A stretch of 64,000 bases of DNA from NCBI GenBank assembly GCA_950097015.1, contig CATNEN010000003.1:6138001-6202000 (forward strand), given 5' to 3'. Of the stretch, positions 39,427 to 50,066 are shown one piece after another; position 1 is the first letter of the stretch; each line of letters opens with the position of its first letter. Below the pieces are notes generated by a model, which did not search any database, was not told where the DNA came from, and saw only the letters and a program-made list of their open reading frames with translations. Source of the stretch: Macrostomum hystrix. Its lineage: Eukaryota > Animalia > Platyhelminthes. The position numbers and the translations under genes are program-made.

Positions 39427-40674
39427 TGTGTTGTAGGGCTAATTTAATCTTACTGTTATCACCAAAGTTGTTCTAGTGCTTCTTTATATTATATTTACTG
39501 TTCCAATGTTATTATCAAAATTGTTATAGGATTGTCACACAATATTTAATATCCGATTGCTGTTATCAAAGTGGTTATTAACCTTTCTTATAATTTAATG
39601 CAATATGAAGCTTTTAACTCTTAATGGTAGCATATTTTAAGTCTGAATTGGTAGCGTTTTATATATATAGTAACCAAGTTCTAATAATAAGGATTAGAGC
39701 AAAGAGGCTAGCTAAGGAAATGTCCTAGGGCTCTTACTAAATTCAATATTACTTCTTTAATAATGCCACCAAAGTTGTCGTAGGTCTAAATTAATTCTAC
39801 TGCTGTCACCAAAGTTGTTACAGGCCTTTTATACTTTTGTCAATCTTATAAATGTCTTTTAATTATTCGCTTTATGTATTTCTTATCTCAATTCAAATTG
39901 GTAGCGTTTATGTATTCAAATATGGTAGCGTTATATATTCAATCTGGTAGCGTTATACTTTTAGTATGGCCGGTATCTTTACTGTATATTCCCTTCTGCT
40001 TATAACTTTACTGTATTATTTCTATAAGTACTTTGTATCTATCTTTATCCGTCTTTATCAGTCTTTACCCGTCCTTATCAGTCTTTATCCATCTTTATCA
40101 GTCTATATCCGTCTTTACCAGTCTTTCAATTATCATTCAGTTTAACCTTCAATTTTAGTCTTCAGTTCAGTCTTCAATTTCAATCTTCAGTCCGTTTCAT
40201 AGGGCTTTCCAGTGGATCTAGAGTCACAGCTCTTCTTCACTTTATTTACTTTTCTTTCGCAAATAACTTCAATATAACACTTTAAGATTCAAGCTTTCTT
40301 TACTCTGAACTCTTTTCCCAATCGAGGTGGTACGAGTTAGTTTTTCGCCCTCGTCTGCTCGTGTATTTATAGTAAAATTTCTCACTCTCGCGACTTCAGT
40401 AAAACATTTTATTTTCGGTGCATTCGAACAAATTGGTGCAGTTAAACAAATTAGTCTAGTTAAACAAAAGTTTTCGTAAAGTAAAAATAAATTTGCGCGG
40501 GAAAATATTTCTAAGAAAACGAGGCCTATCTCAACTGACCTCCCTAAATTGCCTATATTCGAATAAACACAGTGAGTGAAAATATAGCAAAATAATAGTA
40601 CTTATGTATGAGTTAGGCAAAATAAAATGAGTAGCAGCATAAAATACAACATGTAACCTAAAATTTACAACACA
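39427..40674 (-). mobile_element. Putative 3' LTR of a truncated LTR retrotransposon
   Basis: TGTGTTGTA...TACAACACA inverted termini; minus-strand TATAAATA (about 40365) and AATAAA (about 40243); preceded on the minus strand by purine tract GGTGGAGGTAAAA. Confidence 0.55.
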
Positions 40675-40719
40675 GTTTTACCTCCACCAAAAAGAAAGTT
40701 AATAATTGTCCTTATTCCT

Positions 40720-41460
40720 TCAGAATTCACATGGAGCGGGCAGTGCCTTGTAGTAGGGCCAGCGAATCTGGCGGAATGCCCACCGAAATTCCATCGTCAG
40801 GACCTTGCGATGCATCGTCCCCTCGCTAGTCGTCGCGCCGTTATGCAGACACTGAGCCACCTCCCTCAGGACATTGATGGCTTGCTCCTGTGGCATATTT
40901 TTCAGCGTAGTCATAGATTTCCATATATGGGTCCTTTGTGGATACGACAATTCGTACGTGTGGTAGGCCACACGATCCATGTACTCTCGCAGTTCATGTA
41001 CGAGTATTTCGCGCTGCTCCTCGTCGAGCTGTGGGGCCATCTGCGGCGTTGGCGTCTTCTGTTGCTGTGGCGGTGTTGACCTCGGCGGCGGTGTCGGCTG
41101 CGGTGTTGGCTGTGGCTCTCTCCTAGCACGAGCCTCCTGTGGTGCTGACTTCAGTTGTTGTGATGACCCCGTCGAGTGCCGATTACCTCCTGCGGTAGCT
41201 TCTGCCATACGTGCCGGGCCTCCAGCGCTAACTCTAACCACTGATTTTAGTTGTCTGCCGGCACTTGAAGCTTGAGCCAATCTTGCTTGCTTTACCGCCA
41301 CTGGGGACGGGGTGCGCGCTCGCTTTATCGTCAGGGTGGTCGCTGCTGGCAGTTTGGGCCATGTGGCGACCCTCTCTGGTGCGGCTGGTTCCATGTTTTC
41401 TTGGGCTGAATTGCCCTCGCCTAGCAAATCCTCTAGAAACGAGTCCAAATCACGATCCAT
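40720..41460 (-). CDS. Intronless ORF of unknown function (about 246 aa), probably an accessory ORF of the LTR element
   Basis: GC-rich uninterrupted ORF MDRDLDSFLEDLL...; Pro/Gln low-complexity linker plus helical C-terminal region; ends about 30 bp before the putative PPT/LTR. Confidence 0.5.
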   Translation of the reverse strand: MDRDLDSFLEDLLGEGNSAQENMEPAAPERVATWPKLPAATTLTIKRARTPSPVAVKQARLAQASSAGRQLKSVVRVSAGGPARMAEATAGGNRHSTGSSQQLKSAPQEARARREPQPTPQPTPPPRSTPPQQQKTPTPQMAPQLDEEQREILVHELREYMDRVAYHTYELSYPQRTHIWKSMTTLKNMPQEQAINVLREVAQCLHNGATTSEGTMHRKVLTMEFRWAFRQIRWPYYKALPAPCEF

Positions 41461-42326
41461 TTTTGTTGTCTTAATTGTATGCACAAGTTTGGCTCTCTTA
41501 GTTGTCTTGGTAAAATTTCTCTGGCGGGTTTAGGTGGTCTGAGGATATATGCCAAAAACTGGACCGCATCAATGTGTCCGGGCTCCCCAGGGATCTGAGG
41601 GCCACTTTTGACACCTTCTTCTTGGCGAGTCATAGATCACGAGTCATGCTGTATACTTCATAAATATATAAATATTTGTAGAAATTGATTTATTAGGCCT
41701 AGTCTAAGTGCTAATTAGACAATAAAAACAATTGAAGTATGCAGCTAAATATTTTGAAAAGCCTACTCCTAACATTTACCAAACTAGTGTTTAGCATTAA
41801 GAAAGTATATTTGCCTCTTTAAATTGCACTTTTTGTTGTTGTGATTTGGAATCACATTAACAACAATTATAACACAGCTGTTTTTAATAACAAAATGAAT
41901 AAAAAAAATACACAAAGGAAGAAAAAAAATTTAAACAATCCATTTTAGATTTAAGACTATAAATGATTATAATGTTAAAGTTAGAAGCATTATATTTCTA
42001 TAGGGCCTATGCTTTGTTTTTATAATAGTAATATAGATAATATGATATTTAAGCCTAACTATCTTTGTTTGTTCCTTTTTAAGCAGCTATAACAGTGTAA
42101 TATGACAATATAATATGGTGCCTAGAAAATGTAGTGTCCTAGTTGTGCCACTATCAGTAGGCCTAGGCCTATTTGATATCATTGGATGAGATGCCTAAGC
42201 AACAATATAAGCAAAGGCAAATTAGCAGTTTTGTTATTGACAAAGTTAATAGTACTAGGTGTACAGGTGGATAGTAGCATGGCCAATATAGCATTGGGGC
42301 CTAGTCAGTAAAATTAGTAAAATTTT

Positions 42327-42492
42327 ACACCACTTCACACCTCTTCAGATGCAATGCCAGGCCTACGGAGATCACGTTAGAAAACCTCTGGACTGATCCT
42401 GTTAAGGCCGCCACCTTCCTGAGACTACCGACGAGCGAGGTAGAGTGTGAGCGTCCCGAACTAGCCTAAAGGAAGGCTACAACATACAACAC
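42327..42492 (+). mobile_element. 3' end of non-LTR retrotransposon (LINE) ORF2 with (CAA)-type tail
   Basis: Translates TTSHLFRCNARPTEITLENLWTDPVKAATFL..stop, followed by GGCTACAACATACAAC. Confidence 0.65.
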
Positions 42493-44693
42493 ATTGCTAA
42501 TCCGGGCTTCATCTCGCTGCTTTTATATATTTTTTGTTAATTAAAAGTAAAGTACTTGTCTTCGTTCCTCGAACCCAGTTTCTGTTTAAGGCAGTGTTTT
42601 CACAGTGTACTCTTTGAGCACTCTTAAGTACTCGTACTCTGGTACTCTTTAAAGGCGTAGCAATAGAGTACTCTGGTATTCATTTAAAGTGCGTACTTTG
42701 AAGTGGGCGAGTACTTTTTAAAGTGCAACGCATTTCAGTCTGTCATCATCAATCCTAATTTTGTACTATATGAAAGTGTCAATAATCGTTGGTACATTAG
42801 TACATTCTCGCAACGTAAAATTAGTAGATTTATTATATGCATTTTAAAGATACGTTGCTTAGGAAATAACAGATATGTTATCAGTCCCATTAATTATACC
42901 CTACGTACTGAAGTAACACAACATAATATACATGGTAACGTGGCTTGATGGCACTGCTAATGTGTGTGTCTGCCCATTCGTGTTGTTGCATGTACAAAAC
43001 AAGTGCTGTTTGGATAAATCTTTCCTTTAATTATGTTTTACGTTTTTTGACAGATGGGCATAGATAGATAGGTAGATAGATCTCATACTGTCTCTCTCAC
43101 TCTCCGATTCTCCGCTCCCTCCCGCTGTTTTAATTTTGTTTATTTTGTTCCCTAATAAAAACAAAAATTCACCCTCCCTCCATATGTGGGTCCCACATTC
43201 GGCTGTCAGTCAGTCAAGGAGATATTAGCGCTCATCAAGATTTTGATACAGGAGTCAATGATGCAGTAGTCTGCTCTATTAAAGTGCTTCAGTGAGTATC
43301 CTCAGTACAAAGGCCGCTAAGTTTTGGAATATTTATTAAGTTTTTTGTTCATTTTATTGGGTGACATGATCAGAAGTAAAAAATAATTTCGAAATATTGA
43401 GCAATTAATGCACTTCGACCTGCTAAGGTGGCACACCTTCAATCTAGTTAGATTTAAAATTAAGGTCCTTAGACAACTATAAGCCTTTAGGAGCGAGCGT
43501 GTTGACCATTCACCTGATTCATGCTCTGCCCACAGCTTGAAGTAGGTGGCCTACAACAAATAAAACAAAAACAAATATAAAACAAATCGCATACCCATTT
43601 AAAGAACAATTATTGCTTATAATAAAAAATGGTCAACAAGTGATCCTTTTGTCGCCTAAGTGATCAAAACTTGTCGCCGAAGTGAATTCACTGAAATGAC
43701 TTGTCGCCAAAATGACTGTTGCCAAAGTGATTTGTCACCCAAGTGATTGTAACCCAGGGCACAGCAGCCATTTGTACAAGTGATTTATAGAGCACATTTT
43801 CAATTAATTGAACTGTTATACAGCTGCAAATAATTTGACCAAGGACAATGCTGTTGACTGAGCCTTAAAATTACTTAAAAGTGTAGATTTCTAAGCCTAA
43901 TTGAAAGTGTAGATCACTAAGTAAGCCTACAAGTTACCAATTATAACAGACACATTAAATAAATTTGGATTCTTTTGTGCCTAATACACTTTCCTATTGA
44001 TTTCCTAAAAGAGATTAATTAATCAAAATTCAAATCACAAGTGACTGTTTAACTTTTAAGCAAGGTTTAAATTAAAATGGTAATTTTCAAGTCAAAATTT
44101 AGGTTATGCCATGTAGTGCTACTATTTTTTGCAAATTATGATATAATAGGCCTAGCAATATGAAAATTCTATCTCACTTGTATTCCCCAAACAGTTTTTA
44201 CATATATTTTGTTCCTAAATAAAAATATTTTGCTTTGAAAAATATTTGATAGCACTGAAAAAAGTCATATTTACTATTTGTATGATTTTGGCTAAACAAA
44301 ATGTGTGCTATTTAAAGTGGACAAAGTGTCTGAGTGTTTAATACTCTACATTGCTCAGTTCTAGGCCTAAAGCTATGAGAATTCATGTTGTTTGTTCCTA
44401 TCCCATGCAACATTTTCTGTAATTTTATTTTTAGTGGCTCACTATAATACTTTAAGGAATATATTAATCTTATAATCAGATTTTTATCCTCTAGTGATTG
44501 TAGCTTCAATTAAAACACAGTATTTTTTTGTTTTTGTAGCTGCTGTGCAACATTATTACATAGATCTATCACTAGAATGTATTAAATGTATATGCTAATC
44601 ATTTTATTTTTGCTAAATTCTTTCACCCTTTTTCCATTTGTAAAAATTCACATATTAAAAAAACTGGTGGTTTTAAATTTCATTTTTTCAGCC

Positions 44694-47600
44694 ATGGATC
44701 TACTGCTTGCAACTGAAACTCAAGTGTCACTGTATCATATTGACAGTGCTACAACATGGCAAACAATTGCCAGTGTGACACCATGCTCATCTACTGATTG
44801 CGTCTCTCAGGTGCAACTAGCACCTTGTGGAGAATATATGCTAGCATTATCTGAATCTGGAAGGCATCTGTTTCAAGTTAGTCTTACATTTGAATGATTA
44901 TTTACTTCAACAATCATCTCCAATGATATTAAGAAATTGCAAAATATTTTTTCGGTTGTTACTAAGTTACTAAGTTACTAAATATTTACTATTTTTTACC
45001 TTAACATTCTTCAAGATCGTTGAACTTTGATCTACTATTCTCCCAAATCCTCAAAGATTGATCTACTATTCTCCCAAATCCTCAAAGATTGATCTACTAT
45101 TCTCCCAAATCCTCAAAGATTGATCTACTATTCTCCCAAATCCTCAAAGATTGATCTACTATTCTCCCAAATCCTCATAGATTGATCTACTATTCTCCCA
45201 GATCCTAATAAATTGATCTACTATTCTCCCAGATCCTAATAAATTGATCTACTATTCTCCCAGATCCTAATAAATTGATCTACTATTCTCCTTCTCCCAG
45301 ATCCTAATAAATTGATCTACTATTCTCCCAGATCCTCAAAGATTGATCTACTATTCTCCCAGATCCTCAAAGATTGATCTACTATTCTCCCAGATCCTAA
45401 TAAATTGATCTACTATTCTCCCAGATCCTAATAAATTGATCTACTATTCTCCCAGATCCTAATAAATCAATCTACTATTCTCACATATCCTCAAAGATTG
45501 ATCTACTATTCTCCCAAATCCTCAAAGATTGATCTACTATTCTCCCAAATCCTCAAAGATTGATCTACTATTCTCCCAAATCCTCAAAGATTGATCTACT
45601 ATTCTCCCAGATCCTCAAAGATTGATCTACTATTCTCCCAGATCCTAATAAATTGATCTACTATTCTCCCAGATCCTAATAAATTGATCTACTATTCTCC
45701 CAGATCCTCATAGATTGATCTACTATTCTCCCACATCCTCATGGATTGATCTACTATTCTCCCAGATCCTCATAGATTGATCTACTATTCTCCCAGATCC
45801 TCATAGATTGATCTACTATTCTCCCACATCCTCATGGATTGATCTACTATTCTCCCAGATCCTCAAAGATTGATCTACTATTCTCCCAGATCCTCATAGA
45901 TTGATCTACTATTCTCCCAGATCCTAATAAATTGATCTACTATTCTCCCAGATCCTAATAAATTGATCTACTGTTCTCTTAGATCCTCAAATATTGATCT
46001 ACTATTCTCGCTATTCACGAACTTTAATCCGGGATGTATAGGGCCTACTTATAAAATCTTCCCAAATTATCCCAATTCCGCCACAGATCCCCCTAGCCAG
46101 CCTGTCTGATCAACTATCGCATCGGCAGTTTCCCATAGTTGGCCAGCACAGCTGCATAGCTCTGTCGCCTGGCACTGGTCGCAGTCTAGCAGCTGGTTCG
46201 CACAGCGGTCAGTTGACTGTTTATGACTCGCCAGACGGTCATTGTCGTTGGCAGCGTCCGTCGCTATCATCGCCAGTTACTTGTCTGGCATTCGACATAA
46301 GTTCGTCAAATCTAGACGCGATCTGTTTAGCCGGCTATCAAAGCGGCGACGTGTCAGTTATTAACATAGCAACCGGCTATAGGCATTCTCCCATGGGATT
46401 ACGAACAGAGGATCGATCGGCTTGCGAATCCTTAGCTACTGGACCATTCTCGCCTGCTATAACCGCTGCCGGCTATAGAAATGGCGCCTTGCTATTGTGG
46501 GACACTAATAGCGGCTGTTCTAGATCTGTGCTAGCCACTCCGTTAGATCAGAACAGTAGCGGCTCTAAACTATTGCAACAGCCTGTTAGAGCTGTGAGAT
46601 TCTCGCCAGTCAATGCTAGCCTGTTGTGTTCAACTAGTGCTATTCCCAGTGCGGGATTGTATGACACCAGGGCCGCTGTTGAAATTGGTCGCATTCGTCT
46701 ACCAGACGAGGCTACAAAAGGCTTAACATTTAGTCCCGATGGGCAGACTGTGTTTGTTGGCACTCGCAAAACTGGTTGCTTTGCTTACGATTTGCGCAAA
46801 ATGCTATCGCCAGTTCTGCACATAGCCTGTGAAGCAACTGACGAGAGCAGTGCGGCCAGTAGTCGCAATTCTATTAGAGATTTGCTGGTGAGTGAATTTT
46901 TCTTCTCTTTCTCAATTTTGTTTGTTTGTTTACGTTTTTGTCCCATCTTCCCAGGTTGTACAGGTTTTTATCCCATCTTCCCAGTTTGTATAGGTTTTTA
47001 TCCCATCTTCCCGGTTTGTATAGGTTTTTAACCCATCTTCCTAGTTTGTATAGGTTTTTATCCCATCTTACCAGTTTGTATAGGTTTTTATCCCATCTTC
47101 CTAGTTTCTATAGGTTTTTATCCCATCTTCCTAGTTTGTATAGGTTTTTATCCCATCTTCCTAGTTTCTATAGGTTTTTATCCCATCTTCCTAGTTTCTA
47201 TAGGTTTTTATCCCATCTTCCTAGTTTGTATAGGTTTTTATCCCATCTTCCTAGTTTCTATAGGTGTTTATCCCATCTTCCTAGTTTGTATAGGTTTTTA
47301 TCCCATCTTCCTAGTTTCTATAGGTTTTTATCCCATCTTCCTAGTTTCTATAGGTTTTTATCCCATCTTCCTAGTTTCTATAGGTGTTTATCCCATCTTC
47401 CTAGTTTGTATAGGTTTTTATCCCATCTTCCTAGTTTCTATAGGTTTTTATCCCATCTTCCTAGTTTGTATAGGTTTTTATCCAATCTTCCTAGTTTGTA
47501 TAGGTTTTTATCCAATCTTCCTAGTTTGCATAGGTTTTTATCCCATCTTCCTAGTTTGCATGGGTTTTTATCCCTTCTTCCTAGTTTGTATTGGTTTTTA

Positions 47601-48311
47601 TCCCGTCTTCCGCTTATTTTTCAGCTCATAACCCAACGTCGCGAGTTCGATTCCCCATCTGCGATGCGTTATTCGCCACTATCGGTTGCCAAGCAGCAAC
47701 CTAAGCATGCTGGCTGCAATCGGACCAATCAGAATGAGTTCGCCAGTCCGCTGACTGACCTGACCAATAGGCAGTCAGCTGTGGCCCCTTTAACCGTCCA
47801 AATGACACCGTCAGCAACCAGAGACAGCAGCGGCTTCTCTGACAGTAGCGCCGAAGGTCGCGCACTCGATCGGATCCTGATGGCACCGTTGCAGTTAACT
47901 CAGGCTGATCAGACTCTGCCCCAGCAGCAGCAGCAGCAGCAGCAGCCTAGCAAACGAGTCACATTTGCTGAATCATTAGCTACGGCATTTTCCGATTCTA
48001 ATAATTCATCAGCTGTCAAATCTGTCAATTCCTGTCTGCCTCTAGTTGACAGCGCCTGTCAAACTGTTAACAATGAGAACCATTGCGATGCTATTGATAA
48101 TCGATTGCGTAGCCTGATTCGAGAAGAGACTCAAGAGTTGCGAAGGCAGCTGGTTGATCTACGCTACCTGTTAGTTCATCAGTTGGACATTACTGAGACT
48201 AATCTAATGGATTCTATTAGACAGGCTGTTACTGAGGCCGTCACTGCTCAAGCTAACCTAGCCGAGAACAACAAAGCAGACGAGTTTCGGTTCCCATTTA
48301 GAAAGATTTAA
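44694..48311 (+). CDS. NEDD1: WD40-repeat protein with C-terminal coiled coil, NEDD1/GCP-WD-like
   Basis: Exons 44694-44876, 46087-46887, 47625-48311; WD blades (LLLWDT, VRAVRFSPVNASLLCS, LTFSPDGQTVFVGT...YDLRK), Ser-rich linker, LRSLIREETQELRRQLVDL tail. Confidence 0.65.
45025..46008. repeat. 31-bp minisatellite in NEDD1-like intron 1
   Basis: TTGATCTACTATTCTCCCAGATCCTCAAAGA array. Confidence 0.95.
46935..47610. repeat. 30-bp minisatellite in NEDD1-like intron 2
   Basis: TCCCATCTTCCTAGTTTGTATAGGTTTTTA array. Confidence 0.95.
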
Positions 48312-48769
48312 TAAACATTTCTCGATGTGAATTTACATAACCCCGGCATTGACTAAGACAGTTGAAAAATGTTCGTTCATTTTAATACTGACTACTGGGC
48401 TCAGTAGTGCATTTGTATTTTTTTATTTTGTTTGCATGCATTTACTGATCCCGTTGCTAAGCTACAGTTTATTCCTAGGTTTATATTAATTGCTAAACGA
48501 TTGTGCAATTGGCCAACTTTCATTTATAATTTATTTAATAAATTACCGAATTTATTTGAGTTTGCACTCATCTCAAGAGTACATACTGACTTAATAAATT
48601 TTTAACTTGTGCTGTAATGAAAGGTCTACTTTTAACTATTTTTGCTACAGCTTTACCTTCTAAATACCAAGATCTAGATCTTTGCCAACCCAATTTAGAT
48701 GTTCTGGCACATTTTTCGCATCAATTCCTAGCTTACCGCCACTACGGTGAAGTTTGGAGATCCCAAATC

Positions 48770-50012
48770 GATAAACTGGCATCGTCACCATCCCAAATCC
48801 CCAAACTGGCACCGCCATCATCCCGAATCCCCAAACTGGCACCGCCATCATCCTAAATCCCCAAACTGGCACCGCCATCATCCCAAATCCCCAAACTGGC
48901 ACCGCCATCATCCTAAATCCCCAAACTGGCACCGCCATCATCCTAAATCCCCGAACTGGCACCGCCATCATCCTAAATCCCCAAACTGGCACCGCCATCA
49001 TCCTAAATCCCCAAACTGGCACCGCCATCATCCCAAATCCCCAAACTGGCACCGCCATCATCCTAAATCCCCAAACTGGCACCGCCATCATCCTAAATCC
49101 CCAAACTGGCATCGTCACCATCCTAAATCCCCAAACTGGCACCGCCATCATCCCGAATCCCCAAACTGGCACCGCCATCATCCTAAATCCCCAAACTGGC
49201 ACCGTCATCATCCTAAATCCCCAAACTGGCACCGCCATCATCCCGAATCCCCAAACTGGCACCGCCATCATCCTAAATCCCCGAACTGGCACCGCCATCA
49301 TCCTAAATCCCCAAACTGGCACCGTCATCATCCTAAATCCCCAAATTGGCTCCGCCACCATCCCAAATCCCCAAACTGGCACCGCCATTATCTCAAATCC
49401 CCAAACTGGCACCGCCATTATCCCAAATCCCCAAACTTGCACCGCCATCATCCCGAATCCCCAAACTTGCACCGCCATCATCCCGAATCCCCAAACTGGC
49501 ACCGCCATCATCCTAAATCCCCAAACTGGCACCGCCATCATCCTAAATCCCCAAACTGGCACCGCCATCATCCTAAATCCCCAAACTGGCACCGCCATCA
49601 TCCTAAATCCCCAAACTGGCACCGCCGTCATCCCAAATCCCCAAACTAGCACCGCCATCATCCTAAATCCCTAAACTGGCACCGCATTCATCCCTAATTT
49701 CAAAATCAACCCTGTCAATATCTTAAATCTCGAAAATAAAACCCGTCACTAATCCCCAAACTACCATCTTCACTATTCCTAATCCCCAAATCAACTCCAC
49801 CACCAACCCTGATCCCAAAGTCAACCCCGTCCCCAACCCTGATCCCAAAGTCAACCCCGTCCCCAACCCTGATCCCAAAGTCAACCCCGTCCCCAACCCT
49901 GATCCCAAAGTCAACCCCGTCCCCAACCCTGATCCCAAAATCAACCCTGTCACCAACCTTGATCCTAAAGTCAACCCCGTCACCAACCCTGATTCCAAAG
50001 TCAACCCCGTCA
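48770..50012. repeat. Two adjacent 30-bp intergenic minisatellites
   Basis: CCAAACTGGCACCGCCATCATCCTAAATCC (48770-49690) and CCAACCCTGATCCCAAAGTCAACCCCGTCC (49790-50012). Confidence 0.95.
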
Positions 50013-50066
50013 CTATCTATATTCCCAAATCCCAAAATTAACATCAGACACTAAAAATTCCCGCAG

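Larger units (their letters stand above)
34367..43448 (+). mobile_element. Helentron/Helitron2-like non-autonomous element
   Basis: 13-bp subterminal IR AGGTCGAAGTGCA (34373-34385 / 43409-43421), long 5' hairpin 34386-34458, 3' hairpin AAGGTG-GCA-CACCTT followed by CTAG; internal tandem repeat; no RepHel ORF. Confidence 0.55.
34171..43755. mobile_element. Mutator-like (MULE) non-autonomous element expanded to 9.6 kb by nested insertions
   Basis: About 105-bp TIRs (34171-34275 vs 43650-43755) and perfect 9-bp TSD AGGGCACAG (34162-34170 / 43756-43764). Confidence 0.85.

Noticed and set aside
39645-39956. Repeated TGGTAGCGTT motifs as an LTR primer-binding site
   Set aside because: Four copies lie inside the putative LTR and on the strand opposite the inferred element orientation; no tRNA match could be verified
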